This document shows, in pieces, positions 1-9,103 of a stretch of DNA of 64,000 bases (the first letter of the stretch is position 1; each line of letters opens with the position of its first letter). Origin of the DNA: a candidate division Kazan bacterium RIFCSPHIGHO2_01_FULL_44_14 (lineage in GTDB: Bacteria > Patescibacteriota > Kazan-3B-28); contig METB01000001.1 in the NCBI GenBank assembly GCA_001771185.1, positions 186,631 through 250,630 on the forward strand, written 5' to 3'. The notes below the pieces were generated by a model that had not been told where the DNA came from, did not search any database, and saw nothing but the letters and a program-made list of their open reading frames with translations. A program made the translations under genes and the position numbers.

Positions 1-98
1 CTTTCAACAGTTATATCAGACAAATAATTATCCATGAAAACTGTATCTATATCACTAATGCCGGGACAGAAACTCTCTTGTTTCTTATTTCTAACAGG

Positions 99-524
99 AT
101 GAATAAAACCAGGGCAGATTTTGCGGACTTTACCAACCCCGACACGATTATCGGGGACGAGGTGAGTGTCGAAGGCACTCTTAAGACCGGCGGTGATATT
201 CAGATTAATGGCCAATTTAAGGGCAAACTGATAACTGACGGCGATGTTGTAGTTGGTGAACGAGCCACCGTTACTGCCGATATCAACGGTCAGAATGTCT
301 ATGTCGCCGGCGAGGTAGTCGGCAATGTGAATGCAATCGGTAAACTGGAAATTTTAGAAACTGGTTGTTTGAAAGGCAATGTCAGCAGTTCAGCCCTAGT
401 CATCGAGGCCGGTGGGGTTCTAAAAGGTAGTAGTACCATGCATGATACCGAGCGGGAGAAACCAGAAATTACTCCGACTTATGAAGTTGAGACCGGGACT
501 AAAGTCGAAGAAGGAGTCAACTAG
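99..524 (+). CDS. Bactofilin-family cytoskeletal protein (DUF583 beta-helical repeats). Start chosen at the ATG at 99, which is directly preceded by the TTTCTAACAGG motif; the ORF track offers 78.
   Basis: Repetitive G/V/N-rich beta-helix sequence (GDIQINGQFKGKL, GDVVVGERATVTADINGQNV, GEVVGNVNAIGKLE) typical of bactofilin/CcmA. Confidence 0.7.
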   Translation: MNKTRADFADFTNPDTIIGDEVSVEGTLKTGGDIQINGQFKGKLITDGDVVVGERATVTADINGQNVYVAGEVVGNVNAIGKLEILETGCLKGNVSSSALVIEAGGVLKGSSTMHDTEREKPEITPTYEVETGTKVEEGVN

Positions 525-529
525 TTAAT

Positions 530-1333
530 ATGTATCTTTTTCTCATCAATCCAGAAGCCGGCCATAAGCGTTTCTTTCGGATTGAGAAACAGATGAAAAA
601 ATTACTTGACCGACAAGCGGTCAAGTATCGGTTTGTGATGATTGACAACCTAGCCAATGTTCCGGATATCATTCAAACCAATTTACGGTCTTCTGACCAA
701 GGAGTAGTAGCCGTCGGGGGCAACGCCACAGTCAATGCGGTAATTAATTCGCTGGTCGGCCAAGACATTCCAGTAGGAATCATTCCGATGAGCCGGACGA
801 ACCATTTGGCAGACAGTTTAGGGTTGAAAGGGTTGCCGACTGCGATTAAGGCCCTCGCCGATTATGATTTACGGTTGGAACGATTAGGCAAAATCGGCCA
901 ACATTATTTTGTCGGCGAAGCCGAGGTCGCGACGCGGTCTAATTTATTAACTCAATATCTACGCAAGACCAACCCCTGGCTAAAGTTCCTTGGACTTAGT
1001 CGAACTACCCTCCCGACCGAGGTCGGCACAAAAGCCACCATTGCCCTGGACGACGATGTTTTGGTGCGCAGCAAAACCCACCGGCTACAAGTGAAATTAA
1101 ATGGCGAACATGGCGACAAAAAACTGAAACTTACTTTATTTGCTTCGCCCGATCCAACCGAAATCAGTATTTTACACAGCAATTCAATTGCAATCGAGGG
1201 CGAGACCAAGATGCCAGTGATTATCGGCAACGAAACTGTTGCCCATACGCCGGTAGAAATTAAAGGACTGGCCAAATACATCCGGTTGATTGTTCCTAAA
1301 GATAATCAGTTGACCGCATCTAAAACTGCGTGA
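530..1333 (+). CDS. Diacylglycerol-kinase-catalytic-domain lipid kinase (YegS/DagK-like).
   Basis: N-terminal FLINPEAGHKR and a GGNATV variant of the GGDGT motif. The gene ends with TGA immediately followed by TAG. Confidence 0.6.
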   Translation: MYLFLINPEAGHKRFFRIEKQMKKLLDRQAVKYRFVMIDNLANVPDIIQTNLRSSDQGVVAVGGNATVNAVINSLVGQDIPVGIIPMSRTNHLADSLGLKGLPTAIKALADYDLRLERLGKIGQHYFVGEAEVATRSNLLTQYLRKTNPWLKFLGLSRTTLPTEVGTKATIALDDDVLVRSKTHRLQVKLNGEHGDKKLKLTLFASPDPTEISILHSNSIAIEGETKMPVIIGNETVAHTPVEIKGLAKYIRLIVPKDNQLTASKTA

Positions 1334-1348
1334 TAGCTTAGAACTAGT

Positions 1349-1888
1349 TTGAGAAGAACATCAAATTACAAACCTCGCATTTTTCAACCTCGCATTCGAG
1401 CCAATGAATGGATTAGAGTGCCAGAGGTGTTTTTGATTGATGAGACCGGAACATCCCGGGGAATTATCTCAACTCGAGAAGCGCTGAACTTAGCCCGAAC
1501 AGCTGATTTGGATTTGGTCGAGGTCTCGCCTAATGCGAAACCGCCGGTCGCCAAAATTTTGGACTTCGGCAAATACAAATATGAACAGACCAAGGCCCAA
1601 CAGCGATCTCGGCGTGGACAGAACGATGGCGCAGTCAAAGAAGTGCGCTTAAGCGTCAAAATTGACAGTCATGATTTTGAGGTCAAAGCCAAGCGAGCCG
1701 AAAAGTTTTTAAGCCAGGGCAATAAGGTCAAGGCGGGAATTTTGTTCAAGGGGCGAGAAATCGTTCACGCCCACCTGGGCGAAGCCCTAATCAACCGGTT
1801 TATTGACAGATTAGTGAACACGGCTAAAATAGAACAAGCGCCCACCAGACAAGGTCGGAGCATTCATACGATTTTATCTCCTAAGTAA
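1349..1888 (+). CDS. infC: Translation initiation factor IF-3.
   Basis: Matches IF-3 (VPEVFLIDETG..ISTREALNLARTADLDLVEVSPNAKPPVAKILDFGKYKYE). The true start may be a non-AUG codon such as AUU, as in many infC genes, so the 5' end is uncertain. Confidence 0.85.
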   Translation: MRRTSNYKPRIFQPRIRANEWIRVPEVFLIDETGTSRGIISTREALNLARTADLDLVEVSPNAKPPVAKILDFGKYKYEQTKAQQRSRRGQNDGAVKEVRLSVKIDSHDFEVKAKRAEKFLSQGNKVKAGILFKGREIVHAHLGEALINRFIDRLVNTAKIEQAPTRQGRSIHTILSPK

Positions 1889-2083
1889 ATGCCAAAAATT
1901 AAGACCCACCAGGGTACAGCCAAGCGGATTAAAATCACCAAAAGCGGCAAAATGAAGCGTCGCCAGGCGATGCAGGCCCATAAATTGACTAAGAAATCTT
2001 CCGCCCGTAAGCGTCGGCTGGGACGGCCAGCTGATGTCGCCAGGGCTGATGAGAGCCGGATGAGACGGCTTTTGGGTAAATAA
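1889..2083 (+). CDS. rpmI: 50S ribosomal protein L35.
   Basis: MPKIKTHQGTAKRIKITKSGK...; conserved infC-rpmI-rplT order. Confidence 0.9.
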   Translation: MPKIKTHQGTAKRIKITKSGKMKRRQAMQAHKLTKKSSARKRRLGRPADVARADESRMRRLLGK

Positions 2084-2116
2084 TCTTTCTAAATTCTAAA
2101 TTCTAAATTCTAAACC

Positions 2117-2461
2117 ATGAGAGTCAAACGAGGCACAACTGTTCGAGCCAAGCATCGTAAACTAATCACTTCAACCAAGGGGTTTCGAACTCTACGCCGA
2201 ACCAACATTAAACGGGCCAGGGAAGCCATTTTAAAGGCCGGCCAATATGCTTATCGAGACCGTCGCAACAAGAAGCGGTCGTTCCGGGCACTCTGGATTA
2301 ACCGTATCAATGCTGCTTTGACTGGCCTGGGAATTAAATACAATTCGTTTATTAAGAAAATAACCGACCAGAAAATTGAACTGGATCGGAAAGTGTTGGC
2401 TCAATTGGCAGTTGAACATCCGACAGTATTCGAACAAATCGCCAAACAGGTTATTAAATAA
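2117..2461 (+). CDS. rplT: 50S ribosomal protein L20.
   Basis: MRVKRGTTVRAKHRKLI...YAYRDRRNKKRSFRALWINRINAA. Preceded by a (TAAATTC)x3 repeat. Confidence 0.9.
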   Translation: MRVKRGTTVRAKHRKLITSTKGFRTLRRTNIKRAREAILKAGQYAYRDRRNKKRSFRALWINRINAALTGLGIKYNSFIKKITDQKIELDRKVLAQLAVEHPTVFEQIAKQVIK

Positions 2462-2480
2462 ACTACGATTCAATAAAAAA

Positions 2481-2508
2481 TACCCCGCCATTTCGGCGGG
2501 GTATTTTA
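2481..2508. terminator. Rho-independent terminator, bidirectional, between rplT and a convergent membrane-protein gene.
   Basis: CCCCGCC-ATTTC-GGCGGGG hairpin followed by TATTTT, with an A-tract on the other side. Confidence 0.7.
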
Positions 2509-2525
2509 AAATTTGAATTCAATTC

Positions 2526-2936
2526 CTAGTACATCGGTACGATAATCTGCCAGAAAAAGATACCCAACAGAATAACAATAATGCCTCCAAATGTAGTCGT
2601 ACTGCCAGAACGACAATAGGTCTTGATCATCTTGGCACCCGCTTGGGGCCACCAAGTTAGCCAGAGGCCCTTAATTAACCCTGCCCAACCCACTAGTGGC
2701 ATTATCCAGGTATAGCCGGTCCAAGTAATGGTATAGCCAGTCAAATTAAGAATCACTAAACTACAAGCCACCACTCCTAGCCCCCAACTCCATAGCAAAG
2801 TATGCTCATCGGCAAACTCGGCCAACAATTTACAGAATCCCTTATTGTTGAAAGCGAGAGACAACCCTAATCCCACAAACCAGACCGCGAGAATAAATGT
2901 AATAATTCCCAAAGTACTCATCATAATCAGCTCCAT
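2526..2936 (-). CDS. Hypothetical polytopic membrane protein.
   Basis: A 136-aa ORF consisting of 3-4 hydrophobic helices; no recognisable motif. Confidence 0.5.
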   Translation of the reverse strand: MELIMMSTLGIITFILAVWFVGLGLSLAFNNKGFCKLLAEFADEHTLLWSWGLGVVACSLVILNLTGYTITWTGYTWIMPLVGWAGLIKGLWLTWWPQAGAKMIKTYCRSGSTTTFGGIIVILLGIFFWQIIVPMY

Positions 2937-2938
2937 CT

Positions 2939-4954
2939 TTAATTTATTTGTATAATCTCGACCCCAAACTTCAAGTCAGTTTGCAATTTATCGCTAAATA
3001 ATTGTTTAGTTTTGACCATGTCGTTCTCGGCTAACCCCAGCGCCGGAGATAATTTCAAAATACTAGTTAAAGTCGTATTGTTGGCGCCTGGTTGTTTAAA
3101 AACATTTAATTGGTAATAATCAGTCACTTTTCCAGGCAATCTGTAATTTAATTCCACTGTTTTACTCTCTCCAGGATTGGTAGTTAACCAAAACGCCAAC
3201 ACGGTTTTACCGTTCTCGTCGTATTGTTCTACAGTAGTTTCATAATCCTGTCCGACAACTGAAACTTTCACCGTGTCTTTGGGCAAGTAAACCCGAACAT
3301 AATCTTTGTTAGGTCCGTCCGGAAAAATATAACTACCAGTATGAGTGTATTTAAGCTGTAGGGCAACATTCACATCACCAGTCAAATTAACATTGGCAGT
3401 ATGATGGATTTCTTCCTGAACATTTTGACTGCTTTTGCGTCCGCCCAGGTTAGCCCGAACTACTCCTAAAAAGTCCCCTCCCGATGTTGTTTCCGGCAAA
3501 ACCCCAGCCACGCTAAGTCGGTTCATTACTGGTTCAAGTTTAGGATTACGCAAATAAATCAACACATCTTTTTGCTGTAGCCGAGACATTAGGGCTAGGT
3601 TAATCTGTTTTAAGACCGCTCCATTGGCAGTCAGTAGTCGCCCTAATAAAATTGGCGCAAATTCGTTTAATACTTCTTTGGGATTTTCCTTTTGATTATC
3701 AATCAACTCAATTTGGGCTTGGGTTGCCGACACAAAATTGTCAGCAGTTAAGGTAAGCTCCTTGTTTTCTAAATAGACCGGACCCAGGACGGTTAAAATA
3801 TCTTTAATCACTTCGGGATTAATGGCGATAACCCCATCGGCCGTTCCCCCGCCGGCTTGCTCGTACAACTTTTGGAAAGTTTGAGCGGAAGTTGGGAAAT
3901 CGGCATACCAATTAGCATCCCGAGTGCCAAATGAAGTAGTAATCGCTTCTAAGGGTTTGGGTAAGGTCAGACTTGAATTAGGATTTTGCCCATCAATTCG
4001 TTGGGTCATATCAACCAAAACACTTTTTAATTTACCCTTATAAACTTCCACTAACATATAACTGCCCACAAAACCGCCGGTAGCCCGCAGTTCATTATTA
4101 TTTTGATTCAATATCAAATATTGGCGCGGATTATTGAAACCCAAGGCGTCTGGTAACTCTTTGGCTAAAGTTCCCAGGGTCATCACAGTGGACTGAAGAG
4201 TAGCAGTTTTAATTTGCGCTTCACTCAACGCTGTGGCATAAGTCGAGTCAACCGTTTTAGGATTAATCGACGACAACAAAGTATTGGCTTTGGTTACTTG
4301 GGCTAACGCTCGATCCAGGTTATTAGAACTTTGGCCCATCAAACCAACGATTTGTCCAGCCAAATCTTGCGCCTGGTTGCCGCTGGTGCTCAAACCATTA
4401 AAGTACTGCCACAGCGGTGTCATGGTATCAATTAGAGTGATTCCGGCTTGGGCTAAACTTAAACCACTATCAATTAATTTTTGCCCAGCGACAATTTGTG
4501 AACCGTCACTCGCCAGACCCGACATATATAAATTAGTTTGGCCTAAAGCCAAGAGTTCGGTTTGAGCAGTGGCAAACAGATTCTCCGCCGCCACAAAGTT
4601 GTCCCGAGCCCCAGAGATATCTTGGGCCAAAACCGCTGCCGCAGCGGCTTCTAACTTACCAATTCCCCGATTGGCCAAATCGGTAATTTGGCCTTTCACA
4701 TTATTGGCTGATTGATACACCAGTCCGCCACCGATATAAAGCAGCAGAGCCAGCATAACAATCAGGACTAATTTTAACCCAGCCCAAAGCCAAACCACGG
4801 CAGTTGATTGAACCGTTGCTTCGCTAAAAGCCATATTCAAAGTAGACGAAGGGTTAGTAAAACGAGATGAAACCGGGATAACGACAGAGTTACGAGTAAG
4901 CGGCCGACTTGATTTCGGTTTTACATAATAATACTTTTTAGTGTCTGTACTCAT
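2939..4954 (-). CDS. DUF4012-like membrane-anchored protein, a family associated with polysaccharide loci.
   Basis: N-terminal TM helix, then a long extracytoplasmic region with an ELRATGGFVGSY motif recalled from DUF4012. It heads a glycosyltransferase cluster. The family assignment is from memory. Confidence 0.45.
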   Translation of the reverse strand: MSTDTKKYYYVKPKSSRPLTRNSVVIPVSSRFTNPSSTLNMAFSEATVQSTAVVWLWAGLKLVLIVMLALLLYIGGGLVYQSANNVKGQITDLANRGIGKLEAAAAAVLAQDISGARDNFVAAENLFATAQTELLALGQTNLYMSGLASDGSQIVAGQKLIDSGLSLAQAGITLIDTMTPLWQYFNGLSTSGNQAQDLAGQIVGLMGQSSNNLDRALAQVTKANTLLSSINPKTVDSTYATALSEAQIKTATLQSTVMTLGTLAKELPDALGFNNPRQYLILNQNNNELRATGGFVGSYMLVEVYKGKLKSVLVDMTQRIDGQNPNSSLTLPKPLEAITTSFGTRDANWYADFPTSAQTFQKLYEQAGGGTADGVIAINPEVIKDILTVLGPVYLENKELTLTADNFVSATQAQIELIDNQKENPKEVLNEFAPILLGRLLTANGAVLKQINLALMSRLQQKDVLIYLRNPKLEPVMNRLSVAGVLPETTSGGDFLGVVRANLGGRKSSQNVQEEIHHTANVNLTGDVNVALQLKYTHTGSYIFPDGPNKDYVRVYLPKDTVKVSVVGQDYETTVEQYDENGKTVLAFWLTTNPGESKTVELNYRLPGKVTDYYQLNVFKQPGANNTTLTSILKLSPALGLAENDMVKTKQLFSDKLQTDLKFGVEIIQIN

Positions 4955-6119
4955 GTACTGCCTGCTTAATCACCGTCAGAGTACTAGCCGCCGCGTCGGT
5001 CCAATTAAACTGTTTCGCTCGCTCACGGCCTTTAATAATAAGTTGTTGCCTAAGTTCAGAATCGGTATTGAGTTGATGGATGGACCGCGCCAGACCCGAG
5101 ACATCATTGGTCCCAACCATGAGAGCTGCTCCATTGGCTACTTCTGGAAGCGAACCAGCATCACTAATAATGACTGGGCAACCAGTAGCAAAGGCCTCTA
5201 ATACCATTAAGCCGAAACCCTCATAAAACGACGGGAAAACGAAGGCGGTGGCCAGGGACAACAAAGCAATTTTCTCGGCCTCGCTAACTCGGCCAGTAAA
5301 TATCACTCGGTCTTTTAAACCTAAATCCTGAATTTGTTGGTAAAGATCCGACGACAACCAACTTTTACTGCCGGATATAACTAATTTTATTGTATCAGAA
5401 TAACTGGTTTGAAGTTCCTTCAAAGCCCGCACTACTAATGATAAATTTTTGCGCGGTTCAATACTGCCAACATAATAAATATATTTTTCTGGCAATTGGA
5501 ATTTAGTTTGAACCGATTTTGCAAATTCCGGACTAACTGGAACGAAATATTCGTCGCCTACCCCTTCATAAATCCGAATGATTTTTTCAGCTGGTGTGTG
5601 GAAAAATCGAACAATGTCTTGTTTCGTAGTGTCTGATACGGCGATTAGCCGATCAGAAGTTCTGGCTTCGTACGGATAATTCATCTGCCACTGCCAAATC
5701 CGAGACGACAGTGGATAGAACTGCGGGGTAATAAAGAAAATCAAATCGTGGAAAGTAGTAACCTTGGCGCATTTGCGAGATAAGGGCAAAAGCATCGGTG
5801 AAGGCATCCACATCACATCCAATCCGCCACAAACAATATCGGCTTTTGGCCAATTGAGTGGCTTAAAGAAAGCGTGTAATAAAATCGGAAAATTGACCCA
5901 CCGAAGTTTTTCGATTTCTACATTGGGAACTTTTAAATAAGGATAATCATGCAAAAGCTGCTCTAGCCGTTGGTCGAGATCTCGATATGACACATAAAAA
6001 AATACGTAAGTATTTTCCGTATCAATTGTCAGCAGCTGTCGTAAAATCTGCAGAGTGTATTGTTCCACTCCGCTAATTTTGCCAGTTAAAAGACCCCTGA
6101 TATCAACGCCAATCCTCAT
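4938..6119 (-). CDS. Glycosyltransferase family 4 (GT-B fold).
   Basis: C-terminal EGFGLMVLEAFATGCPVIISDAGSLPEV motif of the GT4/GT1 family. Confidence 0.85.
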   Translation of the reverse strand: MRIGVDIRGLLTGKISGVEQYTLQILRQLLTIDTENTYVFFYVSYRDLDQRLEQLLHDYPYLKVPNVEIEKLRWVNFPILLHAFFKPLNWPKADIVCGGLDVMWMPSPMLLPLSRKCAKVTTFHDLIFFITPQFYPLSSRIWQWQMNYPYEARTSDRLIAVSDTTKQDIVRFFHTPAEKIIRIYEGVGDEYFVPVSPEFAKSVQTKFQLPEKYIYYVGSIEPRKNLSLVVRALKELQTSYSDTIKLVISGSKSWLSSDLYQQIQDLGLKDRVIFTGRVSEAEKIALLSLATAFVFPSFYEGFGLMVLEAFATGCPVIISDAGSLPEVANGAALMVGTNDVSGLARSIHQLNTDSELRQQLIIKGRERAKQFNWTDAAASTLTVIKQAVHEYRH

Positions 6120-6152
6120 ATTGATTATTGATTAGTTGTAATGCCCTACCTT

Positions 6153-6203
6153 ATCATGCTGAATTTACAATGTCCCGAGTTTACCGAAGGGGTTCAATAT
6201 CTA
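6153..6203. repeat. Copy of a dispersed hairpin element (CATGCTGAA...GTCCCGAGTTTACCGAAGGGGTT) between the two GT4 genes, followed by a CCGCCAGCTGGCGG palindrome.
   Basis: Near-identical to the segments at 16683-16737, 17015-17065 and 20143-20252, all seen directly. Confidence 0.7.
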
Positions 6204-6298
6204 TCCACTTCTTCGGTGTGAGCGACCATATCTCCACTCTGTTATTGCGAGGAGTTATGCTGTCCGCCAGCTGGCGGAAGCAGAGCGATGTGGCAATC

Positions 6299-7441
6299 TC
6301 ATACACAATTCTTCGTTGGCCGTTGCTGATGTTCTATCCAAGCTTGCTCTGCAAAATTGTTAATCTGCCGTTTAAACTCGGTATTATCAAATTGTTTAGC
6401 GCGTTCACGGCAAACTGTAGACGAGAAAGACATTCTCTCGAACCGACGAACCGCCTCGGCTAACGAAACTACAGTTTGATAATCAAAAAATATTCCGGTT
6501 TGATTGTCCACGACTGTTTCCAAAGCCCCGCCCGCCCGGTAGGCAATTACCGGCTTACCGGCTGCCATGGCTTCCAGGGGAACAATCCCAAAGTCCTCTT
6601 CTTGAGGGAACAGCACGGCTTTGCACCCGAGAAATTGCTGGGTAGTTTGGTCATCGGACAACCGACCCAAAAATTCGATCTTGAATGATTTAGCCAACTG
6701 TTTCAGTCGTGGCAACTCCGGCCCTTCACCAATAACTCTTAACGGCAAATCCAATTGATTGAAGGCCTCAACTGCGATATTGGTCCGCTTGTATTCGATT
6801 TGTCGGCCAACAATTAAATAATAATCGCCGGGGACACTCTCGCCCTGAAATCTCTGATAGTCCACTGGCGGATAAATCACGGACGATTCACGCTCGTAAT
6901 ATTTTTTAATTCGGCCAGCTGTATTTTTAGAGTTGGCCAAAAAGACATCCACCCGATCGGCTGCGACGCGGTCCCAAATTCTTAGCCGATGGACCAATGT
7001 AGGCATCACTGATTTAATCAGCGGATCTAAAATTCCCAACTGTGGCGTTTTGAGATACTCGTGGTAATGACTCCAGTAATACCGAGTCGGAGTATGACAG
7101 TAGCACAGATGCAAGGTCTCGGGTTTAGTCAGCACCCCCTTGGCCTCGGCATGAGCCGATGAAATAACCAAATCATAATCGTCCAAATCAAATGCTTCAA
7201 AAGCCGCCGGCCGAAGAGTGGGAAATAGTTGCTGTTTATAACGAAGCGGTGAATATTGAAGCCGGCTGGTAATTACCCGGCGACCATTAAGTTCAGGAAA
7301 ATTTGGGGCTTTAAACACCGAGGTATAAAGATCGGCTTGCGGAAAAATTTCGGCAAACAATAACACTACCCGCTCGGCTCCACCACGAGCGACTAACCAA
7401 TCAGCCACAATCGCCACTTTTAAATCATTAAACTCTTTCAT
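6299..7441 (-). CDS. Glycosyltransferase family 4.
   Basis: EDFGIVPLEAMAAGKPVIAYRAGGALETV motif. Confidence 0.85.
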   Translation of the reverse strand: MKEFNDLKVAIVADWLVARGGAERVVLLFAEIFPQADLYTSVFKAPNFPELNGRRVITSRLQYSPLRYKQQLFPTLRPAAFEAFDLDDYDLVISSAHAEAKGVLTKPETLHLCYCHTPTRYYWSHYHEYLKTPQLGILDPLIKSVMPTLVHRLRIWDRVAADRVDVFLANSKNTAGRIKKYYERESSVIYPPVDYQRFQGESVPGDYYLIVGRQIEYKRTNIAVEAFNQLDLPLRVIGEGPELPRLKQLAKSFKIEFLGRLSDDQTTQQFLGCKAVLFPQEEDFGIVPLEAMAAGKPVIAYRAGGALETVVDNQTGIFFDYQTVVSLAEAVRRFERMSFSSTVCRERAKQFDNTEFKRQINNFAEQAWIEHQQRPTKNCV

Positions 7442-7480
7442 TCTTCATCATTAATTTTTAATTCTTCATTTTAAATTTTC

Positions 7481-8878
7481 TTAGTAACTCCCCTTTCGCG
7501 TCAACACCGCCCCAACGGTTGATAACAGAATCTTTATATCCAAGAATAGCGACCAATGTTCAATATAATAAGTATCCAGCCCGACATATTCATCAAATGA
7601 GATATCACTCCGACCCGACACCTGCCATGGACCAGTTAGACCGGGTTTAACTAGCAGTCGCCGTTTGGCTACATCCGAATATTGGGCCACCTCATTCGGC
7701 AAAGCCGGCCTCGGACCGACCAAGCTCATCTGCCCAAGTAAAACATTAAACAGTTGGGGCAGTTCGTCCAGCGAAGTTTTACGAATAAATTTTCCTACCC
7801 GAGTTACCCTGGGATCGTCGGCCAGTTTAAATAATGGCCCGTCGGCTTCATTGCGTTGACGCAATTGCTCTAGCATCTGGTCGGCTTTTTCCCCGCCCAG
7901 TCCCGGACTTAACTCGCTGTACATCGATCTAAATTTATAGAAAGTAAACGGCTTGCCCAATTCACCCACCCGGGTTTGAGCATAGATAATTGGCCCTCGG
8001 GAATTCAATTTGACCGCGATGGCTACAATTAACATCACCGGCAAAGCCACCATCATGCCAATGAGAGTAACGACAATATCAAATAACCGCTTAATTATTC
8101 TGCCCCAGCCGGACAACGGAGTGGGACTTAATTCAATGATTGGATAACCAGCCAATGTATCAACGGTGATGTGTGAAGTATATAGACCAGTTAAACTGGG
8201 GACATACTGCAAAGCCACATCATTGTCTTCGCACCAACGAATCAATCTCAACATTTGGTCTCCGGCCAGTTCATGGCCAATAATCACCCGATCGGGGTGA
8301 TAGTCGGCCAGGACAGTTAAATCCACCCCAGTCAAAGTAATGACCAATTTTTGGCTTGGCCGGCTGGCGTGAATCTGTCTGGCAATGTCTTCAGCAATTT
8401 TACCGTCAGCGATTAGAACCACTCGTTCTACTCCAGTCCCGGCATACTGCAGCCATTGTCTAAAATAATTAACTATCGCCCGACCCAACAGCACAAAGAC
8501 CACACTAAAAATCCAGAAATAGCCAATAATTAGCCGGGAAAAGAAACTGGTTTTGGCCAAAAATAGACCAATCACAAAAACCGCTAAAGCCACCGAAGTA
8601 GCAATAATGATTTTTCCAATCAACTCCCAAGGATTTCGAAAGCCCCGGAAACGATACAGCCCAAAACCAAAAAAAGCGACTAGCCAAATCGGCGCTAGTT
8701 CTATCACTAACCGCAAATAATCATCAAACGGCAGAATATAAATAATTGGCACAAATTGCCAATTCAGCCGAAGCCAGTAGGCACCTACAAATGTTAGCAC
8801 CACCATCGCATAGTCGAGCGGAACTAACAGCAGGGTGAAGAATTGATTAAATCGTCGCATAAGTAGATTCTCCCCCAA
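7481..8878 (-). CDS. Undecaprenyl-phosphate sugar phosphotransferase (bacterial sugar transferase, WbaP/EpsB-like).
   Basis: Several N-terminal TM helices and a C-terminal catalytic domain (KRLFDIVVTLIGMMVALPVMLI...KPFTFYKFRSM...DELPQLFNVLLGQMSLVGPRP). Confidence 0.9.
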   Translation of the reverse strand: MGENLLMRRFNQFFTLLLVPLDYAMVVLTFVGAYWLRLNWQFVPIIYILPFDDYLRLVIELAPIWLVAFFGFGLYRFRGFRNPWELIGKIIIATSVALAVFVIGLFLAKTSFFSRLIIGYFWIFSVVFVLLGRAIVNYFRQWLQYAGTGVERVVLIADGKIAEDIARQIHASRPSQKLVITLTGVDLTVLADYHPDRVIIGHELAGDQMLRLIRWCEDNDVALQYVPSLTGLYTSHITVDTLAGYPIIELSPTPLSGWGRIIKRLFDIVVTLIGMMVALPVMLIVAIAVKLNSRGPIIYAQTRVGELGKPFTFYKFRSMYSELSPGLGGEKADQMLEQLRQRNEADGPLFKLADDPRVTRVGKFIRKTSLDELPQLFNVLLGQMSLVGPRPALPNEVAQYSDVAKRRLLVKPGLTGPWQVSGRSDISFDEYVGLDTYYIEHWSLFLDIKILLSTVGAVLTRKGSY

Positions 8879-8887
8879 TTGGTGAAG

Positions 8888-8920
8888 TGGTGACCCATTC
8901 AGATTCGAACTGAAGACCTT
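8888..8920 (-). other. tRNA-like 3' fragment (T-arm TTCAG-TTCGAAT-CTGAA plus acceptor 3' strand) with no matching 5' half; the adjacent 50 nt form a long hairpin carrying a CTGCTGGACAGCAG palindrome. Possible pseudo-tRNA or integration scar.
   Basis: The reverse complement reads ...GGTCTTCAGTTCGAATCTGAATGGGTCACCA, but no complementary 5' acceptor strand lies within about 120 nt. Confidence 0.3.
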
Positions 8921-9013
8921 CCTAATCCTGCTGGACAGCAGGACTCCACCAACCCCGGACCGAAGGTCTCCCGTTGGGAAAAGGGTCCCTTTGGGACTGA
9001 TCCCAGAATATTA

Positions 9014-9089
9014 TGGTGGGCGGTAGAGGATTCGAACCTCTGACATTCACAACGTCAATGTGACGCTCTACCAACTGAGCTAACCGCCC
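9014..9089 (-). tRNA. tRNA-Val (anticodon GAC).
   Basis: Reverse complement is GGGCGGTTAGCTCAGTTGGTAGAGCGTCACATTGACGTTGTGAATGTCAGAGGTTCGAATCCTCTACCGCCCACCA. The cloverleaf closes, the anticodon loop is TTGACGT, and CCA is encoded. Confidence 0.9.
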
Positions 9090-9103
9090 AAACAGAGGTT
9101 ATT

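Noticed and set aside
8888-9010. A complete long-arm tRNA (Leu, Ser or Tyr) or intron-containing tRNA on the minus strand.
   Set aside because: A good T-arm and acceptor 3' strand are present, but no sequence complementary to that acceptor strand occurs within 120 nt, so a closed cloverleaf could not be built by hand. Retained only as a low-confidence tRNA-like fragment.
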